Shown here one piece after another: positions 1 to 9,602 of a stretch of DNA of 64,000 nucleotides; within the stretch, counting starts at the first letter, position 1, and every line of letters starts with the position of its first letter. The notes under the pieces are model-generated. The model was given only the letters and a program-made list of their open reading frames with translations, did no database searches and had not been told where the DNA came from. The stretch lies in NCBI GenBank assembly GCA_016784125.1, contig JADHVI010000003.1:7241-71240 (forward strand), in the 5' to 3' direction. The position numbers and the translations under genes were made by a program. The stretch comes from Candidatus Woesearchaeota archaeon (GTDB lineage: Archaea; Nanobdellota; Nanobdellia; Woesearchaeales; GCA-2686295).

Positions 1-2
1 TT

Positions 3-212
3 TACAAGGCAAAGTCTGATGTTATCAAAGCAGTTTCCAATTTTTGTTATGTTTATGACAAACCACAAAGATATATGGCTGCAGGAGAATTCTTGGCGAA
101 CGCTATTTACTCTATGGAAAAACTCAGAGGGTATTATACTTCTACGCATGATAGGATTTCTTTAAGTCATCTAAGAGCTGGTTTAGAAGGATTGATTCTC
201 TCTTTGGCTTAA
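3..212 (+). CDS. 3' end of hypothetical protein (truncated by window edge)
   Basis: Frame 3 open from base 3 to TAA at 210-212 (YKAKSDVIKAV...LEGLILSLA*); converges on ORF 209..808. Confidence 0.55.
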   Translation, partial: YKAKSDVIKAVSNFCYVYDKPQRYMAAGEFLANAIYSMEKLRGYYTSTHDRISLSHLRAGLEGLILSLA

Positions 213-808
213 TTTTTCTTCAGTGCCGTCGCCACCAACGAATCCATGTATGGTTTCAGCTTTGGTATGTACACTTCTAATTCTTTATTGTTTTTTGTGT
301 CAAAAATTATGTATATATCGTTTCCTACTTCGGGTATTTCTGACCTTAATTCTTCTAGCTCGTCTTTGTTGAATAATATTGAGAAGTTTGATTCAAAGAT
401 TCTTTTTTTGGAATCTTGAAACTCGTAGTATACGTTCAATTTTATTTTGAGTCCTCTGTCTTCTGGCTTTATGGATTCGTATGTTGCAGTCACATTTTTC
501 AAATATTTAATCTTTGCTGTGATGCACTCAATTTTTTTCTCTATGCTCTTCTTTGTTTTCAATCCTAAAAATCCTGTGATGCCTATGAGTACGATTAACG
601 CTAGTATGTTGAATAATGAGTGGTTGCTCACGAGTATTATTGCTATGAGGCTGAATAGAAATATTACAAAGCAAACTAATGTGCCAATACCAAACGCTAT
701 GGTTAAATTTAGCTTCTTCTTGCCTTCGTATGCTTTTACTCTTTCCTCTGGTGGTTTAGGAAATACCTTTAGAGTTATGTCACTTCCCACCTCTTTTTGT
801 TCTTCCAT
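209..808 (-). CDS. hypothetical membrane protein (2 TM helices)
   Basis: 199-aa ORF with two hydrophobic segments; starts 1 nt after the stop of the upstream gene. Confidence 0.7.
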   Translation of the reverse strand: MEEQKEVGSDITLKVFPKPPEERVKAYEGKKKLNLTIAFGIGTLVCFVIFLFSLIAIILVSNHSLFNILALIVLIGITGFLGLKTKKSIEKKIECITAKIKYLKNVTATYESIKPEDRGLKIKLNVYYEFQDSKKRIFESNFSILFNKDELEELRSEIPEVGNDIYIIFDTKNNKELEVYIPKLKPYMDSLVATALKKN

Positions 809-809
809 T

Positions 810-1703
810 TTAAATTCTGGTTGAATAGTATGGTCCGTACAAATTGCCTATAGTTCTGATTGCTGACATCAAATTGTATATTATTAGCAATTCTTTGTTG
901 TCGGCTTTTTTAAATTTTTCTTTGTTTTTTAATTCCTTTTTTTTCTGCAAAAATCTGTTTATGTTATCCTTTTCGAATTTGTAGAATAATGCGTGGAACA
1001 TTTTTAAGAACTCATTTGTTTCTTGGAATAATTTGATTGTTTCCTGACTCATAGTTGTTTTCTCCTCGTATGCGTGTTTGATGATCTCTTCATAATAATC
1101 CCCTATTTTTTCCAGATCTCGTATTATGACATAGTAGAACTGTGTTTTCAAGCTGTCTTTATATCCTATTTTGTTTAGTATTCTTTTGCAAAAGTCTGTA
1201 AATTTGTCTATACTATTTTCCATTGTCAGTAAATCTTTTAATCGGATATACTCTTTTTTTTCGATTGCTTCCAAACTGCTCTTAGCTATTTCTTCCAATA
1301 AGAAAAACGTTCTTCTCAAGATTGTTTCAAATTCTTCTTCTAGCGTCGCTGAAACGTTTTTTATTTCTAAATATTTCTCGCCTTGATCAATTATTTCATA
1401 CCCCATCAAAGAAGGGATTTTTTCTTGTATTTTTTGATATACCTTGCTGTCTTTGTAGTTAACTCTGATTTCATCCACTCCTGCTTGGTACAAATATGCG
1501 ATGTATAATGGATCATAGTTTTCATCTGCATCAATTATTATTTTGTCTGATTTCTTTACTTTATTTGTTGAAACTATTATTCTTCTTTCTTGCTCTTCTA
1601 TTTCTAGTTCGTCGCCTTTGATGACATTATTTGCTTTTACCCATTTACTGGGTAGGCTAATGACAATTGTTTTGCCTGCTAATTGTATTGCTTTTCTTTG
1701 CAT
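810..1703 (-). CDS. AbrB-PhoU phosphate uptake regulator
   Basis: N-terminal RKAIQLAGKTIVISLPSKWVK AbrB motif; PhoU-like repeats (ENSIDKF, RDLEKIGD). Confidence 0.85.
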   Translation of the reverse strand: MQRKAIQLAGKTIVISLPSKWVKANNVIKGDELEIEEQERRIIVSTNKVKKSDKIIIDADENYDPLYIAYLYQAGVDEIRVNYKDSKVYQKIQEKIPSLMGYEIIDQGEKYLEIKNVSATLEEEFETILRRTFFLLEEIAKSSLEAIEKKEYIRLKDLLTMENSIDKFTDFCKRILNKIGYKDSLKTQFYYVIIRDLEKIGDYYEEIIKHAYEEKTTMSQETIKLFQETNEFLKMFHALFYKFEKDNINRFLQKKKELKNKEKFKKADNKELLIIYNLMSAIRTIGNLYGPYYSTRI

Positions 1704-1864
1704 GGCATTCCAATAGTTGTTTTATTATATAAATATTTCGTTAGTATATAATTATATATCTATATATAAGTTATTAGGATAAATTATATAATTTTATTTC
1801 TGGAGATACATATTGTTTTTCCGAAATTGATGAAACATATTTGGGAAATCCGGAGGTAAATCAA

Positions 1865-2326
1865 ATGGATAAAAAAGATATAAAATTTTTGACGCACTTA
1901 AGAAACAATGCAAGGGAAACATTAACTATGATAAGCAAGAAAACAGGTATTCCGATATCAACGCTTTATGATAGGTTGAAAGTACACGAACAAAGTTTAA
2001 TCACGAAGCACACAGCTTTGATAGATTTTGCAAAGCTTGGATATCTTTGCAGAGCTCACATAGCCGTTAAGGTAACCATAGATGAGCGAGAAGTAATAAA
2101 AGAGTATCTTATGAAGCAGAACTGCGTGAACTCATTGTACAAGATTAACAATGGCTATGACTATCTTATTGAAGGGGTATTTGTGCATGTAAAGGAGATG
2201 GAAGACTTCTTAGAAAGATTTGAACAGAAATTCAAAGTTTTAGAAAAGAATGTACATTATATCATAGAAGATGTTAAAAGAGAAAGTTTCATGACGGATG
2301 TTAATGCTGTTTTGTCCAATGTATGA
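1865..2326 (+). CDS. Lrp/AsnC family transcriptional regulator
   Basis: MDKKDIKFL...NARETLTMISKKTGIPISTLYDRLK HTH plus RAM domain; GGAGGT RBS before ATG 1865. Confidence 0.85.
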   Translation: MDKKDIKFLTHLRNNARETLTMISKKTGIPISTLYDRLKVHEQSLITKHTALIDFAKLGYLCRAHIAVKVTIDEREVIKEYLMKQNCVNSLYKINNGYDYLIEGVFVHVKEMEDFLERFEQKFKVLEKNVHYIIEDVKRESFMTDVNAVLSNV

Positions 2327-3059
2327 CTCTTTTTTCAATCAAAGAAGCTACTTTGTTCAAAGCATATCCGAATATTCCTGTGATAATAATTAATGCATAC
2401 ATTTTTGGAATCTCATATGCGAGATGAGCATTGATGATTGCGTTGCCCAATCCATTGACGGATCCAATGAACATCTCAGTAACAATTATTAGAATAATGC
2501 AAAGTGAAATTGCAATTCTTATGCCTGAAAAAATGTGTGGCAATGAGCCATAGAAAATGATGTTCTTGAAAAAGTATGGTTTTGGAATGTTGTAAACTTT
2601 TGCCATGTTAAAATATGATTTGTTGAGATGTCGAACTCCATAGGATGTATTTACGAGTATAATTGTGGTAGTTAGCCATGCAGCCAAAGCAATTTTTGCA
2701 GTGTCGCCTATGCCAAAAAACAGCATTGTTAGGGGAAAAAGTGCAGTCACAGGTATGGATCTGAGAAAGTCAATGATGAATTCTAGTGAATCATAGAGTT
2801 TTTTGAAATATCCAATAGCTAATCCTGCTGGAATACCAATAACTAGACTTATGGCAATTCCAATTAACACTCTGTAAAATGTTAACCCCATATCTGACAA
2901 TGTTTCTTGTAGGATAATAATTCTAAAAAATTCTGTTCCAACCAACAATGGATTTGGAAACATCAATGGATTGAAAACTTTGCAGTAATAGATGAGTGTT
3001 CCAACTAAAAAAAACAGTCCTGGAATTAGTACATATCTAATTACTCTTTTATAATTCAT
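2301..3059 (-). CDS. NitT/TauT-family ABC transporter permease
   Basis: Hydrophobic; LRSIPVTALFP, LPHIFSGIR, VTEMF motifs. Confidence 0.9.
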   Translation of the reverse strand: MNYKRVIRYVLIPGLFFLVGTLIYYCKVFNPLMFPNPLLVGTEFFRIIILQETLSDMGLTFYRVLIGIAISLVIGIPAGLAIGYFKKLYDSLEFIIDFLRSIPVTALFPLTMLFFGIGDTAKIALAAWLTTTIILVNTSYGVRHLNKSYFNMAKVYNIPKPYFFKNIIFYGSLPHIFSGIRIAISLCIILIIVTEMFIGSVNGLGNAIINAHLAYEIPKMYALIIITGIFGYALNKVASLIEKRVIHWTKQH

Positions 3060-3769
3060 AGTACGCGTCCTCTTTTAATTGTGTGCAGAACCTCCCGGTG
3101 GTATTTATTGAAATGAGGCAATGTTCCTTTGCTTCTGGGATTGTCAATCTTAATGATGTTCAATATTTTGGCGGGTCTTTCACTTAAGATGATTATTCTA
3201 TCAGACATCATTACTGCATCCTCAATATTATGAGATATCATGATTGTAGTGGGTCTTTTTTCCTTCCACATCTCTAGGAGATATTTCAGAACATTTGTTT
3301 TCATATAATGATCTAGCGACGAAAATGGTTCATCCAATAGGAACAGTTCGGAGTCATAGACAAAAGCTCTTGAAATAGCTAACAACTGCTTCATGCCACC
3401 ACTTAGTTCATAAGGGTAATTCTTCCTGAACTTCCACAAATCAACCTTTTGAAGAATTGTTTTTACTTTCTTAGAACTAATTTTTTTACCTAGAGAAGTG
3501 TTTTCTAAGACAGTTTTCCAAGGAAGCATTGAGTCATCAGAGTTTTGGAAAATAAAGCTCTTCCTAATGTTTTCCTTGGAATACTTGATATGACCTAGGT
3601 AGTGGTCATCTAAACCTGATAATATTTTCAAAAGAGTGGTTTTGCCACAACCATTCGGGCCTATGATTGAAATGAATTCACCTTTCTTAATGGAAAGGTT
3701 TATTCCTTTCAAAACAGCGTTTTTTGAGAATCTCTTTGAAAGATTCTTTACCTCTATCATTTTCACCAC
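3056..3769 (-). CDS. NitT/TauT-family ABC transporter ATP-binding protein
   Basis: Walker A GPNGCGKT, signature LSGGMKQ, LLDEPFSSLD. Confidence 0.92.
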   Translation of the reverse strand: MVKMIEVKNLSKRFSKNAVLKGINLSIKKGEFISIIGPNGCGKTTLLKILSGLDDHYLGHIKYSKENIRKSFIFQNSDDSMLPWKTVLENTSLGKKISSKKVKTILQKVDLWKFRKNYPYELSGGMKQLLAISRAFVYDSELFLLDEPFSSLDHYMKTNVLKYLLEMWKEKRPTTIMISHNIEDAVMMSDRIIILSERPAKILNIIKIDNPRSKGTLPHFNKYHREVLHTIKRGRVL

Positions 3770-3773
3770 TCAT

Positions 3774-4757
3774 TTATATCAATAATCCTTCAACTTCAAC
3801 TGATTCGCTGAGAAACTCCTCTGCATATAGTTTATCTGCTAGTTCTTGCACTTTGTCGGAATCGATCTTATCTGAACGAAAATATTTGCAAACTGGCAGT
3901 CTTGACTCTAGTTCGTCATCTGCAGGTGTGAATTCAGAGTAATACTCTCGAGCTTCATCATGGTTGCTGTTAATGAAGTCTATGGCTTTGTTTACTGCAT
4001 TGATGATTTTCTGAGCTGTTTCTGGATTATCATCAATAAATTTTGTCGACATGACACTCGTTTCCCATAGCATGTCTTCCATGAAGTAGTTTCCAATTGG
4101 ACTGTCAACCAGTACTATTCCAATTCCTTTTGCTTCTGCTAGGCTGACAAGCGGTTCCATAACAAATACTGCGTCTGCACTGCCTGATGCTAGAACATTT
4201 ATTTGTTCTGATGGGTTGGTTTGTATGATATCTACTTTTCCTGTTAGTCCCTCTTTTTCGAGCATTATATTCATCCACCTTACTCCTGTTGAACCTGGAA
4301 ATGAGGAAATTGTTTTGCCTTCCAGATCTTGAATGTTCTCTATACCTGAATCTATACCTACAATCAATGCATCAAAATCCTTACTAAGCATTCCTTGACT
4401 GAATATTTTTAGGAGGCCAGGTGTTTTTGTTTCAATTATCATAGGAATCAACACATTTACTCCTCCAACTCCCGCATCTAGATTTCCATTTATGACTGCT
4501 TCCACGAGCTGATTTGTTGATTGGAACGGTATAAGTTTTGCATCCAATCCTTCTTCTACGAAGAAACCTTCTGCTTCTGCTACATATGCTGGCAAGTATA
4601 GTAAATGCTCTCTATATCCTATATTTACATTTTCTAAGGCTTTTGCAGTAACTTGTCCTGTTACAGAGTTGTTCTCATTGTCCATCCAAAACAAACCTAT
4701 GCTGGCAACTGCCAGTAATATAACAGTTATGCCAATGATTAAACTAATTTTTTTCAT
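3774..4757 (-). CDS. NitT/TauT (SsuA/NMT1-like) ABC substrate-binding protein
   Basis: N-terminal anchor, AEAEGFFVEEGLD, DLEGKTI motifs; first gene of the ABC operon. Confidence 0.88.
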   Translation of the reverse strand: MKKISLIIGITVILLAVASIGLFWMDNENNSVTGQVTAKALENVNIGYREHLLYLPAYVAEAEGFFVEEGLDAKLIPFQSTNQLVEAVINGNLDAGVGGVNVLIPMIIETKTPGLLKIFSQGMLSKDFDALIVGIDSGIENIQDLEGKTISSFPGSTGVRWMNIMLEKEGLTGKVDIIQTNPSEQINVLASGSADAVFVMEPLVSLAEAKGIGIVLVDSPIGNYFMEDMLWETSVMSTKFIDDNPETAQKIINAVNKAIDFINSNHDEAREYYSEFTPADDELESRLPVCKYFRSDKIDSDKVQELADKLYAEEFLSESVEVEGLLI

Positions 4758-4801
4758 ATCACATCACCAACTGGTGACAAAACAATATTTTATATTAAGT
4801 C

Positions 4802-4826
4802 TTGTTATAATTATATATTATAACAA
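4802..4826. promoter_or_regulatory. perfect inverted repeat, candidate operator between divergent ABC operon and TrmB gene
   Basis: TTGTTATAAT-N5-ATTATAACAA. Confidence 0.45.
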
Positions 4827-4865
4827 TACGTAAATTTTAAATAGTTCTTTAGTTTAACTAAAGGC

Positions 4866-5597
4866 ATGGACCTCTCGATACTATCAAAAATAGGCTTAAC
4901 GAATAACGAAGTAAAGGTATATCTAAATCTGTTAAAATTGGGTTCTATTCCTGCAGGGGTATTAATCAAGAAGGTTGAATTGCATAGAACATGCGTATAT
5001 GATACTCTAGAACGATTAATTGAGAAAGGAATTATTTCCTACGTTATTATTTCCAACGTTAAATACTTTGAAGCAGTCAATCCTGCTCAGCTTTTGAATT
5101 ATTTAGATCACAAAAAAGACGAGATTGACGACTATAAGAAAGAAGTTGAAAAAATATTGCCCGAGCTAGAAGTTAAGAGGAAATTATCTAAAGAAAAGCA
5201 AGAAGCCAGCATATTCAAAGGCAAAAAAGGTTTGAAATCAATATTTCAAGACACTCTTCGAGCTGGAAAGACAATGTATGTTTTTGGTGCTCAAGGAAAG
5301 TTTAGGGATATATTTCCAATTTATTATCACTTTTTTCACAGAAATAGGGATTTCAAGATGAACATTATTTACACAGAAGATGTTCGAAGCAAACAAAGAG
5401 AAAAAGAATTAAAATTAATAGAGCAAAGATTTATCCCAAATGAATTTGATTCTCCTGCAACTACTTGGATTTATGACGATAAAGTGGCAATTGTCGTTTG
5501 GGAAGATCAACCAATCGCAACTCTAATTAGAAGTGAACAAGTAGCAAAAGCGTACAAGAATAATTTTGACTTACTATGGAATATTGCTAAGAAATAA
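4866..5597 (+). CDS. TrmB family transcriptional regulator
   Basis: GLTNNEVKVYLNLL...HRTCVYDTLERLIEKG wHTH; C-terminal IYDDKVAI PLD-like effector domain. Confidence 0.88.
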   Translation: MDLSILSKIGLTNNEVKVYLNLLKLGSIPAGVLIKKVELHRTCVYDTLERLIEKGIISYVIISNVKYFEAVNPAQLLNYLDHKKDEIDDYKKEVEKILPELEVKRKLSKEKQEASIFKGKKGLKSIFQDTLRAGKTMYVFGAQGKFRDIFPIYYHFFHRNRDFKMNIIYTEDVRSKQREKELKLIEQRFIPNEFDSPATTWIYDDKVAIVVWEDQPIATLIRSEQVAKAYKNNFDLLWNIAKK

Positions 5598-5632
5598 TTT
5601 CTTTTTCTAAAAAAATTGTATTCTCATCTCTT

Positions 5633-5696
5633 AAAAAAAAACAATGGCCTTCACGTTTGGGGGATCATTGGGGGTGATGCAACACGGTGAAGGCCA
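5633..5696 (-). terminator. GC-rich stem-loop followed by U-tract downstream of ftsZ
   Basis: TGGCCTTCAC (5645-5654)/GTGAAGGCCA (5687-5696) 10-bp stem; A-run on + strand = U-run on ftsZ strand. Confidence 0.5.
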
Positions 5697-5747
5697 AGAA
5701 AGAAGTATGACCTAAAAAAAATTATTAAAATTATTTAGTAAGGTTGT

Positions 5748-6821
5748 TTACCTTACTATTTCGATTCCTAGTTCATCAGACATTGCTTGTTGTCTTGCAA
5801 CTGATTCTTTGCCTGTCAACTTGCCTAGTATCCAAGGGCTCTTCACTCCTGTGATAATTGTCATCACTGTAATCTTACCCTTCATGTTTTCGAGCACTCT
5901 GGCTCCCCAGATAACGTTGGCATCATCATCCATACTCTCTGTTACTAGCTCTCCTACTCTGCTAATCTCATCTAGAGTCATGTCTGGTCCGCCTGATACG
6001 TGTATAATTGCGCCTGTTGCGCCTTCATAGCTAATATCTAGCAATGGGTTACTAAGAGCTCCTTTTACTGCTTCTTCTACTTTGTTGTTTGTGTCACTTG
6101 CTCCTACTCCTATTGCTGCTACTCCGCCATCAGTCATGATGGTTTTAACATCTGCGTAGTCCAGGTTCACTAGGGATGGTATTGCGATGGTTTCGACAAT
6201 TCCCTTAATCATTGTCGCTATTAGTTCGTTCGCTACTGCAAATGCTTGCTGCACTGGTAAGTTTCCTGCGATTTGCACTAATCTGTTGTTGTCTATAACT
6301 ATCACTGTATCTGATTGTTGTCTCAGTTGTTGAAGTCCAAACTCTGCTTTGTCAACTCTGGCCCTTTCAATGTTGAAAGGCATTGTCACTGTTCCGATCA
6401 CTATCGCTCCTGCGTCTTTGGCAACATTTGCAATCACTGGCGAAGCCCCTGTTCCGGTACCGCCACCCATGCCTGCGCAAACAAACACCATGTCGGAACC
6501 CTTCAAGGCTTCCTTTACTTCTTGCAAACTCTCTTGTGCAGCTTCCGCACCTCTTTCCGGGAATCCTCCGCATCCTAGTCCTTTAGTAACATCTCTCCCT
6601 ATCAAGAACTTTCTGTCCGCTTCAATAACATTAAGATGTTGCTGATCTGTATTGCAACCTAGTATCTCGGCTCCTTTGATACCTTTCTTATAGAGCCAAT
6701 TAATCATATTGTTTCCGGCTCCGCCTACACCCATAACTTTGATGTTAGCTTGTCCAACATCATATTCATAGTTCATTGTTGTTTTCTCTTGTTTCACTGC
6801 ATTGTCTACTACAAAGTCCAT
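5748..6821 (-). CDS. ftsZ: cell division protein FtsZ
   Basis: GVGGAGNN, tubulin signature GMGGGTGTG, NLDYADV. Confidence 0.97.
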   Translation of the reverse strand: MDFVVDNAVKQEKTTMNYEYDVGQANIKVMGVGGAGNNMINWLYKKGIKGAEILGCNTDQQHLNVIEADRKFLIGRDVTKGLGCGGFPERGAEAAQESLQEVKEALKGSDMVFVCAGMGGGTGTGASPVIANVAKDAGAIVIGTVTMPFNIERARVDKAEFGLQQLRQQSDTVIVIDNNRLVQIAGNLPVQQAFAVANELIATMIKGIVETIAIPSLVNLDYADVKTIMTDGGVAAIGVGASDTNNKVEEAVKGALSNPLLDISYEGATGAIIHVSGGPDMTLDEISRVGELVTESMDDDANVIWGARVLENMKGKITVMTIITGVKSPWILGKLTGKESVARQQAMSDELGIEIVR

Positions 6822-7086
6822 TTTCTGTTACCCCCTCTTCGGTTTTTTTCCATTTTAGTTTTTTGTATTTATTTTATATGCTTGGATATATACTTTGGAG
6901 TATCAAAAAATTTATATCTAACCCTAGGTATAATCACTACTAGAAGTTAGAATTTTTTTGCCAAACGATTCAAACTTATTCGCCAAAATCAGTTTGAATG
7001 TGTCCTCGCCGGAAAACCCAATTAATATATAGTTCTCCATACTGGTATTTAAATATTTCCAATCTCTAGACTATACTTTAGAAACT

Positions 7087-7620
7087 CTACTTTTGAAACA
7101 ACACTGTTCTGCGGCCCGGAAATAGCCCCATTTCAGACATCTTATTTAACTGATCTGGTTCTAATGTTAAATCTATAATGGTGAATCCGTAACGTTCTTT
7201 GATATCTATTACTGAGCGTTTTATTTGTTCTACTGGGATGTTGTGTCCTATCAAAAGAACGTTTGCTTTTTCCTTCTCTTCCCTGCCATGCAAGATGGCT
7301 TGCTCGACCTCTGTTATAGTCGTCATTTGTTCTACGAAATCGTTTAAAGCTGACTTCTTTTGTGCTACTAAATCTTGTAAGAATTCGGTGTTCTTTGTTT
7401 TGTTTAAATGGTATAGTTTAAACTTCTTAATCTTGTTTTCTTTTAGTATTTCAAGATCTTTTAATTTATTGATTATGCGGAAACAAGTAGCTACTGGGGT
7501 TTTAGTCTTTTTGGCGATTTCACGGATGTAGAATTCTTCTTCCGGGTTGTCAAAAAAGAAGTTCATAACTCTGAGCTTCTTCTCATCGAACAGTTTCCCC
7601 AGCAGTTCTATTGTTTCCAT
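7087..7620 (-). CDS. winged-HTH protein with degenerate nucleotidyltransferase-like C-terminal domain
   Basis: FFFDNPEEEFYIREIAKKTKTPVATCFRIINKL wHTH. Confidence 0.7.
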   Translation of the reverse strand: METIELLGKLFDEKKLRVMNFFFDNPEEEFYIREIAKKTKTPVATCFRIINKLKDLEILKENKIKKFKLYHLNKTKNTEFLQDLVAQKKSALNDFVEQMTTITEVEQAILHGREEKEKANVLLIGHNIPVEQIKRSVIDIKERYGFTIIDLTLEPDQLNKMSEMGLFPGRRTVLFQK

Positions 7621-7655
7621 CTAGCCTCTATAAAACACATCTAATATTTAAAGCT

Positions 7656-7689
7656 TTTCATTTTTGGAACGTTGTTTCATTTTTGGAAC
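7656..7689. promoter_or_regulatory. tandem quasi-palindromic operator-like repeat
   Basis: TTTCATTTTTGGAAC twice (7656, 7675), just upstream of the minus-strand TATA box of 7087..7620. Confidence 0.5.
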
Positions 7690-7747
7690 ACTTGTTTTTT
7701 TGAGAAAAGTTGAATAGATTTATATTATTGCTAAACTTACTGTTATT

Positions 7748-8281
7748 ATGTCATGGGAAACAATCAATAGACCAGGTCAAACAGGTAGTAATAAACAAGT
7801 GTTGTTTGCTCAATATGATGCAAAATTTGGTAATAATAATTGGAGGTTGGCTTGGACTTGGGGAAATCAATTCTTAGATTTCTTAGGGGTTTGTCAGATC
7901 TATGAAGATGGATATTATCATGATTCTTTTGAAAGAGAAGCTGTATGGCAAGAACTCTTAATGACTGCATCCGAAGTATGGGATATTCAAGAAAATGATG
8001 TACAATCAGGATTAGATTATACTATTCAAACTGGCCCTGCTAATCATTTGCAAGATATTGCTGTAAGAAATGTAATACAAAGACGAGGATGGGAGTTTCA
8101 AGGAGATGAATTGATTAGAATAAGAAAACATGAAGACTACTGGGGAGCACTCATGAGTCCTGGATTAATCCCTTTTCATCAACCAGATTTAATAGTCCAA
8201 CCATTGCTGGAAGGTTGGTGGAAACCACATACCATCGAAGATTTCTATCAAAGTAATAAAGTATTGCAAGCTAGAAAGTGA
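7748..8281 (+). CDS. hypothetical protein (Trp-rich)
   Basis: 177-aa ORF, TTTATA box about 23 nt upstream (leaderless). Confidence 0.7.
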   Translation: MSWETINRPGQTGSNKQVLFAQYDAKFGNNNWRLAWTWGNQFLDFLGVCQIYEDGYYHDSFEREAVWQELLMTASEVWDIQENDVQSGLDYTIQTGPANHLQDIAVRNVIQRRGWEFQGDELIRIRKHEDYWGALMSPGLIPFHQPDLIVQPLLEGWWKPHTIEDFYQSNKVLQARK

Positions 8282-8885
8282 GTCCTAAAGCAGAAAGATC
8301 TTGTTTTAACTGAGAAAGAGACTGGTAATGAATTGCTTGAAAACCTAGTTCTTTTGCTGCTTCAACGTTTTCTATTTGATTATCAATGTATATACTTTCT
8401 TCTGCTTTGATGTCAGCATTTTTTAGAACGAATTCATATATATCTTTGTTTGGCTTAGCCATACCAAGTAATGCAGAACAATAAATTTTATCAAATAATT
8501 TATCTAGCTTGAACTTATCAAGTTTAAGCTTTATGCCGCTCTTTGTTTCATTTGCTATTGCCAATAAAGGATATTGCTTTTTTAGATTCTTAATGAAGCT
8601 ATAGACCTCTTGATCCATAATTATCTTAGAGTCATATAAAGCTTTGACTTCTGCTGGAGTAGCGTCGGTTGTGATGTGTTCGTAGAATTCGTTCCAGAAA
8701 GTATCAATATCAGTCCTACCAAACTTAGCGTCAGGCCAGTATTTAGACCATATCTCTTTTGATTTTTCTCTTGTGATGCCTGCTAATTCGAGAACATCTG
8801 TAAAATCAGCCAGATTATTCAAATAATAAATAACTGCGTCAGAGACGAGAACCTCGCCTAAATCAAATATGATTGTTTTAATCAT
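8271..8885 (-). CDS. HAD family phosphatase (YihX-like)
   Basis: IIFDLGEV motif I, KPNKDIY, YIDNQIENV. Confidence 0.9.
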   Translation of the reverse strand: MIKTIIFDLGEVLVSDAVIYYLNNLADFTDVLELAGITREKSKEIWSKYWPDAKFGRTDIDTFWNEFYEHITTDATPAEVKALYDSKIIMDQEVYSFIKNLKKQYPLLAIANETKSGIKLKLDKFKLDKLFDKIYCSALLGMAKPNKDIYEFVLKNADIKAEESIYIDNQIENVEAAKELGFQAIHYQSLSQLKQDLSALGLTF

Positions 8886-9602
8886 AATTTTCCTCCTGAA
8901 AATTATGGTATTCCAAAAAACTATTTTTTGTAATAATCAATCTTAACACCTAATGCTTTCAAGTCTTCTTTAAGTTGTGAAACAGATTTGAAATGTATTC
9001 CTTTAATTCCAAGTGAATTTGCAGCAATAATGTTCTCTTTCATGTCATCTGTGAAAATACATTCTTCATATTTTACATTTAATTCTTCACAAACTATATC
9101 GAAATTCTTTTTTGATGGTTTTAACGAGCCAATATAACAAGAAAATATTTCCTTAGTAAATAAATCTCTAACACCCCATTGCGTAAGTATATTGGTTGAC
9201 ATATTATTAGTGTTTGACAAAAGAACTAATCTATACTCCTTGCTTAGTATTTCTAATAGTTCTTTCATACCGTCAAGTAAGTATGATATATTTAATCCAT
9301 CTTCAACGGTTTTAATGAAAAAAGCAATGTTTTCTTTTGTTATTGGAACTTTGAAAAATTTAAGGAAACTTTCTGCCATTGCCTCGTTAGTTTTCCAATC
9401 ATGTAATTGTATGGATTCTTCATATAGTCTTATGAAATTAGAAGTTTTTTTAATATTAAAATGCTTTCTCAGTGTTGATGATAAACCTATCTTTTTTGAA
9501 CCTAAAGTTCCCCATAAGTCAAATATAATCGCTTTAATCATAATTTTTCTCCTGAAAATTATGGTATTCCAAAAAATTCTTTTTTGTAATGATCATCTTA
9601 AC
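8877..9602. repeat. ~70-bp imperfect direct repeat (8877-8947 and 9533-9602) preceding each HAD gene
   Basis: shared TCCTGAAAATTATGGTATTCCAAAAAA-N3-TTTTTTGTAAT core. Confidence 0.85.
8921..9541 (-). CDS. HAD family phosphatase (paralogue)
   Basis: IIFDLWGT, LSNTN, KPS, FTDD. Confidence 0.9.
   Translation of the reverse strand: MIKAIIFDLWGTLGSKKIGLSSTLRKHFNIKKTSNFIRLYEESIQLHDWKTNEAMAESFLKFFKVPITKENIAFFIKTVEDGLNISYLLDGMKELLEILSKEYRLVLLSNTNNMSTNILTQWGVRDLFTKEIFSCYIGSLKPSKKNFDIVCEELNVKYEECIFTDDMKENIIAANSLGIKGIHFKSVSQLKEDLKALGVKIDYYKK

Noticed and set aside
6922-7039. 38-codon ORF upstream of ftsZ
   Set aside because: Its ATG lies only a few nt downstream of the TATA box, upstream of the expected TSS; no RHH or other motif
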